From an uncultured archaeon (GTDB taxonomy: Archaea > Aenigmatarchaeota > Aenigmatarchaeia > QMZP01 > JAFGSV01): a DNA stretch of 64,000 nt. The position numbers were made by a program, and so were the translations under genes. Under the pieces are notes generated by a model. The model was not told the DNA's origin, made no database searches, and saw nothing but the letters and a program-made list of their open reading frames with translations. The stretch lies in contig CAZLFZ010000002.1 in the NCBI GenBank assembly GCA_964559215.1, positions 18,195-82,194 on the forward strand, in the 5' to 3' direction. Below are positions 18,327 to 29,523 of this stretch, one piece after another; the first letter of the stretch is position 1, and each line of letters begins with the position of its first letter.

Positions 18327-18911
18327 ATGAGAGGAACATCGGTAATCGGGGTCATATTGGGGCTGTTTCTGCTCGCTATAGCACTACTGATTCCGTTCTC
18401 GAGCGCATTGGCCAGTGATCCAGTCTCCGTCACTATCAGGCCGACGTTCCTGAACACCTTCCAATGCAGAACCGTTACCGGGAAGATATACATAAAAACG
18501 GATGTCCCGGCTACGTACACCATATCCATTGCGGGCGTCCCCGCCGAGTGGGTGGAATACCCGCCCAGCGTGTACGTGGATTCTGCCAAAACTGTCAATT
18601 ACATGATAAATCCGAAAAAAAGAGGCGACTATCGGCTAGCAATCAAGGTGGCGGGTTCCGGGGAGACCTTCAATTTCACCGAGAGGTTGTGGGTGGGCAG
18701 GAATCAGGTACATGGAGCAGAATTCGATTCGGGGGCCGGGCCTGCCGAAACCGGCAACGGCCTGACCGGCGGCCTCACAGGCATGTTCGTTTTGAGCGAT
18801 TTGGATCGGCCGGTCCTGTTATCAACGGGCGTAGTGATAGCATTTCTGATAACCGTCCTGGTTGGTTATGCGTTCCTTAAAGAAACCGGGGAAGCCGACA
18901 TCTGGGCTTAG
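18327..18911 (+). CDS. Secreted protein with signal peptide and C-terminal TM anchor
   Basis: N-terminal signal peptide LFLLAIALLIPFSSALA; C-terminal TM helix. Confidence 0.5.
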   Translation: MRGTSVIGVILGLFLLAIALLIPFSSALASDPVSVTIRPTFLNTFQCRTVTGKIYIKTDVPATYTISIAGVPAEWVEYPPSVYVDSAKTVNYMINPKKRGDYRLAIKVAGSGETFNFTERLWVGRNQVHGAEFDSGAGPAETGNGLTGGLTGMFVLSDLDRPVLLSTGVVIAFLITVLVGYAFLKETGEADIWA

Positions 18912-18987
18912 TGGAAGCTTTGCGGGAACCTGAAAAACGAAGAGACATATCGGACAGGATGGAAAGGTTTAAAAAATTTACCACCAA

Positions 18988-21099
18988 TTGATAAGTATGA
19001 AAACCAAATACATGGGGCTGATATTTGTACTCTGCTTGCTGTTAGCCAGGCCTGTTCACGCATATTACGGGGGGGGCCTGGAGGTGGGATCCGAATCAGC
19101 CCAGTTCTGTCCCTGCGACATAATATCGAGTGATGAGATAACCGTAAAAATCACGAATTACGGCAGTTCGTCCGACACCTACTACATGTCACTGGAGCTG
19201 CCTGACGGCTGGAGCGGCTTCATACTGCCGCAGCTGACGCTGGGAGCGGATGAGACAGCCATTGTAGACCCTGTATGGATAACGGCGGCCTGCGGGACAA
19301 GCCCTGGCATATATACCGTGACCGTTGCCGCCAAATCAGGCATGTCAGGGAAGAAATATACAAAGGACCTTGAGCTTGGAGTGATGGCGTGCCATGACGT
19401 GTCAGTCTCGAGTGAAAGTTATCTTGTCACGTGCGAGAACGAGGCTATGGCGACCGAGCTGGAAATCTCCAATCTGGGAAAGATGGACGAGACATTCATC
19501 CTTTACGCTTCCCCCGCCTGGGTTATGCTTTCGGACGATTCCGTTTCGGTTGAGGCTGGACAAAAAGAAACCGTTTCTTTAAGTATAGCACCTCCCGCCG
19601 GTTTGACCGGAATCCAGAACATAACGATACATGCAGAATCGGACACGTCCTACGCCCGTGCGGACACGGTTATCAGGATGTCCATCGAGCCATGCTACAC
19701 GTTTGACGCAAAGCTGAGCCCGCCCGCCGATGCCGTCTGTATAGGCTCGTCTGCCGGGTATTACCTGAACATAGACAACGTTGGCACCAAGCCTGACACG
19801 TACAGGTTAGTAACGCCGAACTGGATTGCAGCGGAACATGAAACCGTGTCTGTAGGCAGTCACGAAAGGGAGAGTGTCAGGATAACCGCTACCCCGCCGG
19901 CCAGGAGGGAAATGGAAGTTGTCGTATCAGTTTCTTCATTAAACCATCCGACCGCGGTAGTTGATGCGGTAAGCATGATCTCCGCACTGGACTGCAGGTC
20001 CGTTGCCGTTTCCATCTCGCCTGCGGAAAGGAACATATGCAGGGGCGAGAGCACAGATTTCGTCGTCAGGGTGGAAAACACCGGCACTGTCCTGACCCCC
20101 TACGAGGTGACCGCTTCCATGGGAACGCTGGGCAGGAAAAAGCTGGTGCTGGGCCCGGGCGAGGCCCAGAACGTAATACTGGATATCAGTTCGACAGCAA
20201 AAGTTGGCTCTTATCCGGTCAGCATCCTCGTATATGACGGGAACGTATCAGACGAGGACTCGGCAACGCTCAACATCCAGAACTGTTATGATGCTGACTT
20301 CGATGCAAGTCCGGTAGAAACCAGCGCGTGCAAGGGGGACACGCTCACCTATGAAATCGGGGTGAAAAACACAGGGGAACTGCCAGATGAGTACACCCTC
20401 AAATATCTTGGCAAGCAGCTTGTGTTCGAACTTGAGCCGGGAGAATCCAAGTCCCTTGAGGCCAAGATAGCGGTTAATTATTTTTGGGAGAGCGAAAATG
20501 AAATACTGTTCGCGCTGCAGTCTTCTCATGGAGTGCATGCTGAAAAGTCCGTAACGGTCGGTGTCGGCAAAAAGGAGAGATGCTATTCAGTCGACCTGAG
20601 CATAATCAACGGCAATGAAACGAAAGAGAAGGAAACGAGCGTGGTTGTCTGCAACGCTGTGACCGTTAAACTCAAAATTGTGAACAAAGGCCTCCGCTCT
20701 GACCATTACAGCATCATAGTGGATGGCCCGGACTGGGCCCACATCAGCCATGACTCGTTCTATCTGACCCCCCTGCAGGAAGAAGAATTTTATCTGTACC
20801 TGTCCCCGCCCTACGAAACGCCAGAAAAGGGATACAAGGTAACAATTCTGGCGGATTCGGAAAAGGCCTTGTCGGGGGTGGAGATAGACGCCGTGGTTTT
20901 GACGGAGCCGGCGGGGGAGGCAAACATAACCCTGAATGAAACAGGCAATGTTACAGGCAACTACACGCAAATCCGGCCAGCCGGGCTGACCGGATTATTC
21001 CTGGCGTTTGAGGGTGTCCCAATCGGAGCCATCAGCATTGCCGTGATGGCTGCCGCGGCAGCTTTCATCCTTTTATTGAGATTCGCAATTTTCAGGTAA
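18988..21099 (+). CDS. Large cell-surface protein with signal peptide, repeated beta-rich domains and a C-terminal TM anchor
   Basis: 703 aa; signal peptide LLLARPVHA; many NxT/S sequons; C-terminal hydrophobic anchor followed by basic residues. Confidence 0.6.
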   Translation: MISMKTKYMGLIFVLCLLLARPVHAYYGGGLEVGSESAQFCPCDIISSDEITVKITNYGSSSDTYYMSLELPDGWSGFILPQLTLGADETAIVDPVWITAACGTSPGIYTVTVAAKSGMSGKKYTKDLELGVMACHDVSVSSESYLVTCENEAMATELEISNLGKMDETFILYASPAWVMLSDDSVSVEAGQKETVSLSIAPPAGLTGIQNITIHAESDTSYARADTVIRMSIEPCYTFDAKLSPPADAVCIGSSAGYYLNIDNVGTKPDTYRLVTPNWIAAEHETVSVGSHERESVRITATPPARREMEVVVSVSSLNHPTAVVDAVSMISALDCRSVAVSISPAERNICRGESTDFVVRVENTGTVLTPYEVTASMGTLGRKKLVLGPGEAQNVILDISSTAKVGSYPVSILVYDGNVSDEDSATLNIQNCYDADFDASPVETSACKGDTLTYEIGVKNTGELPDEYTLKYLGKQLVFELEPGESKSLEAKIAVNYFWESENEILFALQSSHGVHAEKSVTVGVGKKERCYSVDLSIINGNETKEKETSVVVCNAVTVKLKIVNKGLRSDHYSIIVDGPDWAHISHDSFYLTPLQEEEFYLYLSPPYETPEKGYKVTILADSEKALSGVEIDAVVLTEPAGEANITLNETGNVTGNYTQIRPAGLTGLFLAFEGVPIGAISIAVMAAAAAFILLLRFAIFR

Positions 21100-21415
21100 T
21101 TGTTAGAACACGGCATTTCTTCGGACTTTCTTTCTGACAACGATCTGACTGACCTGACACCTGACCGACAGCGATAATAATTTATATCAGGAAATGAAAT
21201 AAATATTACACTGTTTCCAATTGGGGGAAAGAACTAGACGCTTTGAATCGATTGAGGGATCGATTTTGAGGCGAAGTGTAGTTGGAGTCTATTTCTAGAC
21301 GGACTTATAATCATAAATTATTTCTATAGGAAACTTGCCAAAGGAGTTTAAAAAAAATTTCGCTACTCCATTATATATTTTGGGGAGCTCAAATCAAAAT
21401 TAAGGGAGGGAAAAT

Positions 21416-22531
21416 ATGGAATCGTTGGTTCAAAGAGTTTTTGAAAAGAGCTTGTCAGGCGAGGGAGAGCCTGTCGAAGCTCAAGCTAAAATTGAGGAAA
21501 CGATCCAGGATGAATTTGGACTGGATGTCAAGGATGCCAGTATATTGATAGTGGGTACTGGCGGTGCGGGAAACAACATGGTAACCAGGCTGACGGACAT
21601 GGGAATCAAGGGCGCTAAGACAGTAGCTGTAAACACGGACGCCAAACAGCTGACCGTTAGCAGGGCCGGAAAGAAGCTGCTGCTGGGCCGTGAAACGACC
21701 AGGGGCCTCGGCGCTGGCGGCTATCCGGAAGTTGGCCGGAAGGCTGCGGAGGAATCAGAGAAAGACATCAAGAAGATGCTGGAAGGCGTGGACATGGTCT
21801 ACGCGTTGTCCGGCCTTGGAGGCGGAACCGGCACGGGCGCCTTGCCTGTGATATCCAGGATAGCGAAGGAGCTAGGCGCGATTAGCATAGCCTGTGTGAC
21901 CATGCCTTTCAAGATAGAGGGAGCAAGAATAAGAAAAGCAGAGGACGGGCTTTACCAGCTCAGGCAGGTGTGCGACACGGCCATAGTGATAGAGAACGAC
22001 AAGCTGCTAAAGGTCGCTGGCGACCTGCCGTTGCAGGAGGCATTTGGTGTCGCGGACGAGCTCATAGCCACCACCGTGAAGGGCGTCACGGAAACTATAT
22101 CGACGCCGTCCTTGGTGAACCTTGACTACGCGGACGTCAAGACGATAATGCATTCAGGGGGCGTGGCTGCCGTGGGATTCGGGGAATCCAACACGGCGGA
22201 AAGGGCCGAGGAATGCATAACCAAAGCACTGACCAATCCGCTGCTCGAGGTTGACTACACAGGAGGGAGCGGAGCCCTGATCCACATAACAGGAGGCCCC
22301 GACCTGAAGCTTGACGAGACCAACCTGATAGGAGAATACGTGTCAAAGCTGCTGGACCCTGACGCACAGGTGATATGGGGCGCAAGGATAGACCCCGAAT
22401 TCACCGGGAAAATACGCGTGATAACCATCATCACCGGCGTAAAGTCTCCCTACATACTGGGCCCTGTGGCCATGGAAGAGGAGAAAAAGGGCTATTCACA
22501 GGATCTGGGAATACCAGTTCTGCAGAGATAA
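21416..22531 (+). CDS. ftsZ: Cell division GTPase FtsZ
   Basis: [14 protein letters not shown] and [13 protein letters not shown] tubulin/FtsZ signature. Confidence 0.85.
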   Translation: MESLVQRVFEKSLSGEGEPVEAQAKIEETIQDEFGLDVKDASILIVGTGGAGNNMVTRLTDMGIKGAKTVAVNTDAKQLTVSRAGKKLLLGRETTRGLGAGGYPEVGRKAAEESEKDIKKMLEGVDMVYALSGLGGGTGTGALPVISRIAKELGAISIACVTMPFKIEGARIRKAEDGLYQLRQVCDTAIVIENDKLLKVAGDLPLQEAFGVADELIATTVKGVTETISTPSLVNLDYADVKTIMHSGGVAAVGFGESNTAERAEECITKALTNPLLEVDYTGGSGALIHITGGPDLKLDETNLIGEYVSKLLDPDAQVIWGARIDPEFTGKIRVITIITGVKSPYILGPVAMEEEKKGYSQDLGIPVLQR

Positions 22532-22637
22532 AGGAGGGAGGACTCCCTTTCCCTCCCTTCCCTATTATAATTATTTCAGGGTGATTGCCAGGTTCCGGCA
22601 GCGCCCTGTTTTTTAGTTCTCGGTTCTTTATCTAATC

Positions 22638-23198
22638 ATGGCCGACATTATCATCATCCATGGATCTTACGGGAGCCCGGACGAGAACTGGTTCCCCTGG
22701 CTGAAAAAAGAACTGCGCAAGATCGGCCTCCACGTGCATGTACCAAGATTCCCCACGCCTGCCAACCAGAACCTTGATAACTGGCTCGCTGTTTTCAAGC
22801 ACCATCGCAGGTACGTGAATGAGAACACGGTGTTTGTGGGGCATAGTCTTGGCCCAGCCTTCATACTTACAGTGATAGAAGGTTTGCTAAAACCGGTCAG
22901 AGCTGCCTTCTTGGTAGCGGGATTCCTAGGCAAACTGGGCATATCTGAATTCGACGGGATAAGTGATACCTTCACCAACAGGGAATTTGACTGGGACAAG
23001 ATAAGGCAGAACTGCCGGCATTTCGTGGTTTACGCAAGTGATAATGATTCTTACGTTCCGCTTGAAAAAAGCAAGCAGCTCGCAGAAAAATTGGGGGCTG
23101 AACTGAAAATCATAAAGAATGCGGGGCATTTCAACGAGGAGGCCGGATATCTCAAATTCGATTCCCTCCTCGGAGATGTCAGGGAAGCCACCGGGTGA
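22638..23198 (+). CDS. Alpha/beta hydrolase, RBBP9/YdeN-like serine hydrolase
   Basis: Nucleophile elbow GHSLG; about 186 aa. Confidence 0.65.
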   Translation: MADIIIIHGSYGSPDENWFPWLKKELRKIGLHVHVPRFPTPANQNLDNWLAVFKHHRRYVNENTVFVGHSLGPAFILTVIEGLLKPVRAAFLVAGFLGKLGISEFDGISDTFTNREFDWDKIRQNCRHFVVYASDNDSYVPLEKSKQLAEKLGAELKIIKNAGHFNEEAGYLKFDSLLGDVREATG

Positions 23199-23267
23199 TG
23201 GGAGGTTGGTGGACGCGAAAATAGCGGTTTTCGGGGTTACGATGCAAAGCATGGTGTCACGGAGGCG

Positions 23268-23873
23268 CTAAAATTTCAGCCTTTTGGAATTGATGACCTT
23301 GATATCGGGGTGCTGCCTGAAGAATTCCAAGGTTTTCCAATGCATGCCAAGTTTATACCGGGCTGTCGAAACCCCATCTCCTATTACAATGGTATTGAAG
23401 TTTTTAGCAGAAGAGGAAAGTGCCGAGATTTTAACGCATTGGTCCGTGGTGAAGCCTGCTATCAATACACTATCTACCCTGTTCATGCTTAACCATTTTT
23501 CTAGGTCAGGCCTGGAATCAAAACAGTCGGGACTTCTTTTTTCAAATAGCTTTTCTTTGGGACTGTTCGTGTTCGGTCTTATCTTGTAAAAATCCCATCC
23601 CTTTGTACCAGGGATGCAAAATTTCTCAGCAATATCAAATTGTCCGGCCTTGTAAGAGGCCTTGATAAACAAGACGAACAAATCCTTGTTTCTTGACCTT
23701 TCCAGAACAGGGACGATGCATCTATCCACAACCCTTTGGATGGGAACTACATCGTCAGGGTTCCTTCTGTAATATACAAATTCTTCGCCTGCCGCACAAA
23801 AATCGTTTTGCACGTCTATTAATACAAGCGCGGTGTTCCCAGATTCAAGTTCAAATCCTCTTAACCCGGTCAT
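23268..23873 (-). CDS. Isochorismatase-family cysteine hydrolase (PncA-like)
   Basis: ALVLIDVQNDF ... LIAGFTTDQCV. Confidence 0.75.
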   Translation of the reverse strand: MTGLRGFELESGNTALVLIDVQNDFCAAGEEFVYYRRNPDDVVPIQRVVDRCIVPVLERSRNKDLFVLFIKASYKAGQFDIAEKFCIPGTKGWDFYKIRPNTNSPKEKLFEKRSPDCFDSRPDLEKWLSMNRVDSVLIAGFTTDQCVKISALSSSAKNFNTIVIGDGVSTARYKLGMHWKTLEFFRQHPDIKVINSKRLKF

Positions 23874-23946
23874 GTATTATCAGAATGCAAGATGTGATTT
23901 AAATAAAATCAATTAATCAACTCTGGAATTGCTTAAAAGACGCCCG

Positions 23947-24468
23947 TCAGTAAAATTCTTTGTGCACAACTTCACCAAGCTTTTTTCTTCTGCTTTTTTT
24001 GGGTTCTGTTGCCGGATATCCGATAGGGACTATTGCCATGGGCCTCACATGACTGGGCAAGACGAGAATCTCCCTTACATTTTCATCGTTGAAGGAGCCG
24101 ACCCAGCATGAACCGAGCCCCTTCTCCCACGCCGCCAGCAACATGTTCTGCGTGGCCGTGGCCGTGTTCTGGATGGAATAGAGGCTGTTTCCCCTTTCAC
24201 CGTAGGCGTTGTGAATCGTCCTCAGGTTTGAGCATACCACTATCACCACGGGCGCTTGTGAGACGAATTCCTGCCCCCATGCAGCCCCTGCCAAGCGATT
24301 CTTCGTGTCCTGCTTGCTGACAACAACGAACTCCCAGTCCTGGACATTTCCGGCTGACGGCGCATGAACGGCTGAATCGAGAATTTCGTCCAGAACGCTG
24401 TCCGGAATCTTGTCTGGTTTAAAACTTCTCACAGAAGCCCTGGATTTTATGCACTCTATTGTATTCAT
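23947..24468 (-). CDS. Nitroreductase-family protein
   Basis: SVRSFKPDKIP...APSAGNVQDWEFVVV... Confidence 0.75.
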   Translation of the reverse strand: MNTIECIKSRASVRSFKPDKIPDSVLDEILDSAVHAPSAGNVQDWEFVVVSKQDTKNRLAGAAWGQEFVSQAPVVIVVCSNLRTIHNAYGERGNSLYSIQNTATATQNMLLAAWEKGLGSCWVGSFNDENVREILVLPSHVRPMAIVPIGYPATEPKKSRRKKLGEVVHKEFY

Positions 24469-24537
24469 AATTAGAGATTTGGTAACGGTGTTAAAAATTT
24501 ATAGGTTTTCGCCCCAGTTTTCACTCTATCAAGTGTT

Positions 24538-25602
24538 CTACAGACATGCGCAGAACTTGCCGTCAGTAAGATAGCACAAGCTCATATCGTATGTGGTGGC
24601 CAATATCAGGTCCTTGCCTTCGTGATCCAGCCTAAGCATGGACCGAACATCTTTGCCTGAATTTTCCTCTACGATTCTTTTGGTTGAATTGTCTTCATAA
24701 AGATGTTCCCTGACGAAGTCTATGTCCTCAAAATTCTTTTGGTATCTGGCCAAGACAATCGGGCTGATGCACCCGGGCGGTATATCCCCGGAGATGAAGG
24801 GGTTGTCGCGCAGCGATGCAGACATGTTCACTATGTCCTCCATCGTTATCCCAAACATAGATGTGAACATATCACTTGGATCCGGAAATCCCTCGAAAAA
24901 AAGCGCGGAGGCTCCTGCAACAGCGATTATCATTAACAAGCCCGCCAGCTTGCGGGCATCCTTGAAAAATTCCAAAACTTCAAATTTTTTGATTTTCTTC
25001 TTTATCTCCCCGTCACAGGCGTCAAGTATCACTTTTCCCACCTTGTCCCCGAGCTTCAAATCGATGACCCATTCGTTGCCTACGAGCTTGGCACTGTCGG
25101 CCTTGTACCCAGGCAATCCGCCCTCGGCTTTTTTTCTGGCTTCCTTTTCGGGTATGGACTTGGACCCCTTTCTGAGCATCTCTTCAAGGGCCATAACCTT
25201 TCTTTTCAGCGATTCTATCATGGCCTTGGGTTTGCGCCATTCCTCCTTGTAGGTGATCAAGCGGAGTGCAAACGCAAGCAGAAATGCTACAGACAATCCT
25301 GCTATCAGTACGTCTATCTGGAGTATGTGCATAAAGCCCTTGCTGAAAAAGGGGATGAATCCGGAAAATGACATGCCTCCTATCAGGCAGACGGTTCCTG
25401 CGAGAAGCTTGGCACCGAGACCTGTGATAGATGACATATGCTTTTTATAGCCCCTGATGGCTATGGAACCGCAGAACCACATGAAAAACAGGTAAAAAAG
25501 CAACTGCATAGCGTAAAGCAGCACGGGGAGAAGAACGATAATATCCGGCAACGCTGAAACCAGGCTAGACATTTCCATAAAAATTATTAGGGGCCGTTCC
25601 AA
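24538..25602 (-). CDS. Hypothetical membrane protein (N-terminal TM bundle, coiled coil, C-terminal globular region)
   Basis: Hydrophobic N-terminal 120 aa; no recognisable catalytic motif. Confidence 0.45.
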   Translation of the reverse strand: MERPLIIFMEMSSLVSALPDIIVLLPVLLYAMQLLFYLFFMWFCGSIAIRGYKKHMSSITGLGAKLLAGTVCLIGGMSFSGFIPFFSKGFMHILQIDVLIAGLSVAFLLAFALRLITYKEEWRKPKAMIESLKRKVMALEEMLRKGSKSIPEKEARKKAEGGLPGYKADSAKLVGNEWVIDLKLGDKVGKVILDACDGEIKKKIKKFEVLEFFKDARKLAGLLMIIAVAGASALFFEGFPDPSDMFTSMFGITMEDIVNMSASLRDNPFISGDIPPGCISPIVLARYQKNFEDIDFVREHLYEDNSTKRIVEENSGKDVRSMLRLDHEGKDLILATTYDMSLCYLTDGKFCACL

Positions 25603-25676
25603 TAAATATGAAAATACAAGGGCCTGGTCTTAAGGGCCTGGTGTTTATATGCTGGGTATATGCTGGGGACCAGGCT

Positions 25677-25898
25677 TTATTTCTTCCTTTTACTTTTCCT
25701 ATTCTTGTACAGCAGGGTGAGGTTGATGCCTGTTAAAACTGTTAGCAATCCAGAAGCTGCCGCTATGTTAAGCATCCCGTTGCCCGTGCCTGGCCGGATG
25801 GTATTGGCAGAACAACCCAAATCGTAGCAGAATGCCGCTATGAAAACAAGAACTACTATCATCACAATCAAGGCTGTCTTTGGGGATATGAACTCCAT
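25677..25898 (-). CDS. Small membrane protein
   Basis: Two TM helices and a basic C-terminus. Confidence 0.3.
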   Translation of the reverse strand: MEFISPKTALIVMIVVLVFIAAFCYDLGCSANTIRPGTGNGMLNIAAASGLLTVLTGINLTLLYKNRKSKRKK

Positions 25899-26059
25899 AT
25901 TTATTTTTTTGGGGCATGACCTAAAATATCAAACCCCTCTTAATCATTTTTAATCATTTATCATTTGGAGCCTGGAGTTGGGGGAACAGACCGCACCGAA
26001 ACTAATTAAAAACCTTTATGGCATATATGATTGTATCTTTGGCCTTTGCAGGTGATATG

Positions 26060-26512
26060 ATGGCAAGAATGTATTCGAGAAAAAGGGGAAAGTCAGGCTC
26101 ACACAGGCCGTCGCAGCTAAAGGCATCATGGGTGAGTTACAAGCCTGAAGAAATTGAACAGATAGTTGTAAAGCTGGCCAAGGCCGGTAAGAGCCAAGCG
26201 GAAATAGGCATCATACTTAGAGACCAGTACGGAGTTCCGGCAGTCAAGGCGGTAAATGGTAAGAAAACCCTGCAGATTATGAAAGAGCATAAGGTTGGCC
26301 CTGATATGCCGGATGATATGCTCAATCTGATGAAAAGGGCAGTCAAGCTGAGGGCTCATCTTGCCAGGAACAAGCACGACCGCTACTCCAAGAGGGGTAT
26401 GGAGCTGACAGAATCAAAGATAAGAAGGCTTGCGAAGTACTACAAAAGCAGGAACATTCTCCCGGAAAAATGGAGCTATGACCCTGAGAAGGCAAAGCTG
26501 TTGGTTAAGTAG
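26060..26512 (+). CDS. rps15: Ribosomal protein S15 (uS15/S13e)
   Basis: MARMYSRKRGKSGSHRP...; start chosen at MARM. Confidence 0.85.
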   Translation: MARMYSRKRGKSGSHRPSQLKASWVSYKPEEIEQIVVKLAKAGKSQAEIGIILRDQYGVPAVKAVNGKKTLQIMKEHKVGPDMPDDMLNLMKRAVKLRAHLARNKHDRYSKRGMELTESKIRRLAKYYKSRNILPEKWSYDPEKAKLLVK

Positions 26513-26561
26513 TAAGTTTTCAAGTTTTCTTGAACCGGTTTGATTTTTATTGCAAATTCGC

Positions 26562-27791
26562 TTACAGAGGCTCGTATCTCTGGACTTCCAGGTAAGTCTG
26601 GCCTAGCCTCGTTTGCTTGACTTCCGCGAACAGCCTGCACCTTTCGCAGGGGATCTCCCCTTTGTTCCTTACGACAGTGCTGCCGGAATCATCGAAAAGA
26701 ACGTACCACACATCGCTTTTCCCCCTGCTTGAAAGCCTGAGTGTGCCTTCCACACTGACCGTTTTCCCGTAGAAGGATTTTGGCGATTCGGTTAAGTCGG
26801 CTGCGCTTGTTTTGACGAATTCCCCGGGTTTGACCTCCGGCTTCTCGGTTTTCTCGGCAGGTTCTGCAACAGCAGGCTCCGCCAGCTCCGCCGGTTCTTT
26901 CGATGTTGCCCTCGCTATTTCCTCTTCGAGAGGTTTTTCTTCTGTCTTGGGTTCGGCAGGTACCTCCTCTTTCTCTGGGATTTCTTCTTCTGGTTGAGCG
27001 GGTGCTTTTATCTCCTCCTCTGGTTCAGGCGGAACTTTCTCTGCCTGTTCTTTTTTGGCAGGTTCCTCGTATCCGCTCAAATCCACGAATTCCATCTCTG
27101 TCTCGGGAGCTGGCTTTTCTTCCTTCGGCTTTTCAGCCCGGGGCGGCTTTGGGGAAGGCTTCTGGACCGGTGGCTTGGTTGGGAAGGGCTTGATCAATTT
27201 GCTGGCCTCCTCCAGCTCCAGACCCTCCTCCACAGCTGGCTCCTCCTCGACAATGGGAGCCTCTTTGACCGGCACCGGCGGCTTGGCCTCTTCCTTTTTG
27301 GGCTCTGGTTTCTTCTCTGGGGGCTTAGCAGGCTTTGGTTCAGGTTTCTCTTCTGGTTTGGGAGGCTCGGCCTTGGCAGGCTCTTTTTCTCCAGGCTTGA
27401 TTTCTGGCTTGAGGACAGGCTCTTTGGGAATTGGAACTGGCTCTTTGGCAGGTTCCTTCTCTCCTTCGGGCATCTCTTTCGCCGGCTCCTTTGGAACTGG
27501 CACTGCTGCAGGCTTCTTCTCGGCAACCATTATTGACGCCTTTATGGACTCTGCATCAGTGGGACCGGTTTCAGGCAGAGCCGGTTTCTCAGCAGGGGCC
27601 TTGGCGGGTTTGACTGCCTCAGGAGGTTCCTTGGCCTGCTCCGGTGCTGGAGCCGGCTGTTCACCGACCTCCCCTGACTGGAGGTTTTTTAGCTGCCTCT
27701 GTTTTTTGAAGATTAGAACGATTATCACCAGCAGTGACAATCCTAGAAACACCAGCAAGCCGACAAGGATTTCTTTGCTCAGAGTGAACAT
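26562..27791 (-). CDS. Membrane-anchored protein with an approximately 330-aa P/E/K-rich linker and a C-terminal OB-fold-like domain
   Basis: N-terminal TM helix; low-complexity PEK repeats; C-terminal region reads FYGKTVSVEGTLRL...VWYVLFDDSGSTVVR. Confidence 0.5.
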   Translation of the reverse strand: MFTLSKEILVGLLVFLGLSLLVIIVLIFKKQRQLKNLQSGEVGEQPAPAPEQAKEPPEAVKPAKAPAEKPALPETGPTDAESIKASIMVAEKKPAAVPVPKEPAKEMPEGEKEPAKEPVPIPKEPVLKPEIKPGEKEPAKAEPPKPEEKPEPKPAKPPEKKPEPKKEEAKPPVPVKEAPIVEEEPAVEEGLELEEASKLIKPFPTKPPVQKPSPKPPRAEKPKEEKPAPETEMEFVDLSGYEEPAKKEQAEKVPPEPEEEIKAPAQPEEEIPEKEEVPAEPKTEEKPLEEEIARATSKEPAELAEPAVAEPAEKTEKPEVKPGEFVKTSAADLTESPKSFYGKTVSVEGTLRLSSRGKSDVWYVLFDDSGSTVVRNKGEIPCERCRLFAEVKQTRLGQTYLEVQRYEPL

Positions 27792-27948
27792 AATTCTTAT
27801 TTATGCTCCTGTTTAAATAAATGATTTATTAGGGCGGTTGAATCTATCTTTGAAAAAGAGCCGGAATTCTGAGCTATAGGGTCCCGTGAATCGTCGGGGT
27901 TCGCATTATTTAAAAAACTAAAAATCCAATAAAGCATGGGATGATTCC

Positions 27949-29523
27949 ATGCTAGAAAAACTCGAGGCTATCGTGAGGCAGGCCAAGAAAGCCGGGGACG
28001 CCGTCCAGGCGCAAAAGGGTGAAATAAGGATCGTATCGCACTACGACGCTGACGGCATAGCCAGTGCTGCCATAATGGTCAAGGCCCTGTTAAGGGCCGG
28101 GCTCAGGTTTCATCTTACCCTGGTGAAGCAGCTTGGCGAAAATACCCTGATATCCCTGGCGGAAGAAAAAAGGAATTTCATCGTCATGCTGGACCTGGGG
28201 TCAGGGCAGATAGAAATGATCAAGCAGCATTTGCCTGGCGCCGATGTAATCATAATCGACCATCACCAGCCAGAAGGCAGTCTCGAAGGTAGCAGAATAC
28301 TGCAGGTCAATCCAACGGATTTTGGCATAGAGGAAAACATATCAGGATCCGGGGTATCGTACATAGTGGCGAGGTCTTTGGGTCCCGCCAACAGGGACCT
28401 GGCAGGTATAGCGATTGTCGGAGCCATAGGAGACTCCCAGATAGGGTCCATAGGCGAGGAATGGGGCCTGTTTGGCCTGAACAGGGAAATCCTAAAGGAT
28501 GCGGTTGAGGCCAACAAGATTAAAGTCACAAAAGGCCTGAGAATCTGGGGCAGATACACCAGGCCCATACACAAAGCGCTTGAATATTCGGTGGAACCCT
28601 ACATACCCAACGTTAGCGGCTCGGAATCCGATGCTGTCCAGTTCATGCATGAGCTGGGCATCCCGCTCAAGAAAGAAAACGGTGAGTGGAGAACGTTGCG
28701 AGACTTGAGCGAGGACGAGCAGAAAAAACTGGCTTCGGGCATCATAGCAGAGAGGGTAAACGGCGGCCACCCGAACGCGGAATGGATTTTCGGCGATGTT
28801 TACGAGCTGCTCGACAAGGGAGGCGAATGCAGGGATGCCAACGAGTTCGCAACCGTGCTTAATGCATGCGGCAAGATGGGCAGGGGCTATCTGGGCGTTG
28901 AACTCTGCCTGAATGTCGCAAAGGCGTTCCTGGAAGTAAAATGGGTGCTCGAAAAGTACAGGAAATCCATTGGCGGCGCCATCCGATGGGTCTACGAACA
29001 GATAGAAAGGGGAAACGAAGATGTGGTAAGGAAAACCCCGAATGCATGGTACGTGCTGGCAGGCAGCAGAGTGAACGAGCACATCATATCAAACGTCATT
29101 AGCATAGTAGAGAAATCGGCAAACCCCGAAATACCTGTTTTTGCTTTTGCTGATTCGGCCGAGGGGGTGAAGGTTTCTGCAAGGGCCTGCAGCAAAGTGG
29201 TTGAAGGGGGGCTCAACCTAAAAAAGGTGGTGGCGAAAGCGGCAGATAAAGCAGGCGGTCAGGGAGGCGGACACAGCGGGGCTGCGGGAGCTACAATACC
29301 AGCAGGCAGCGAAGAAATTTTTATCAATGCTGTAGAGAGCAGCATATCACAGGGAAGGGAAACAAATAAAAGCTTGCCGGAAGAAAAGAATATAAAACCT
29401 GATTCAAATCATGTTAATTCGAGGGAGGAGACGGAACATGGCAGCACCGAAGAAGAAATTGAGCAAAAAAGCGGCGGAGAAGAAGTGGAAGGGAAAGGAC
29501 TGGTTCACTATTTTAGCTCCTGA
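27949..29523 (+). CDS. DHH-family phosphoesterase, archaeal RecJ-like / GAN (Cdc45-like) nuclease
   Basis: SHYDADGIAS and IIIDHHQ DHH motifs; DHHA1 GGGHSGAAGA; acidic tail. The 3' end overlaps rps3ae by about 85 nt. Confidence 0.75.
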   Translation: MLEKLEAIVRQAKKAGDAVQAQKGEIRIVSHYDADGIASAAIMVKALLRAGLRFHLTLVKQLGENTLISLAEEKRNFIVMLDLGSGQIEMIKQHLPGADVIIIDHHQPEGSLEGSRILQVNPTDFGIEENISGSGVSYIVARSLGPANRDLAGIAIVGAIGDSQIGSIGEEWGLFGLNREILKDAVEANKIKVTKGLRIWGRYTRPIHKALEYSVEPYIPNVSGSESDAVQFMHELGIPLKKENGEWRTLRDLSEDEQKKLASGIIAERVNGGHPNAEWIFGDVYELLDKGGECRDANEFATVLNACGKMGRGYLGVELCLNVAKAFLEVKWVLEKYRKSIGGAIRWVYEQIERGNEDVVRKTPNAWYVLAGSRVNEHIISNVISIVEKSANPEIPVFAFADSAEGVKVSARACSKVVEGGLNLKKVVAKAADKAGGQGGGHSGAAGATIPAGSEEIFINAVESSISQGRETNKSLPEEKNIKPDSNHVNSREETEHGSTEEEIEQKSGGEEVEGKGLVHYFSS

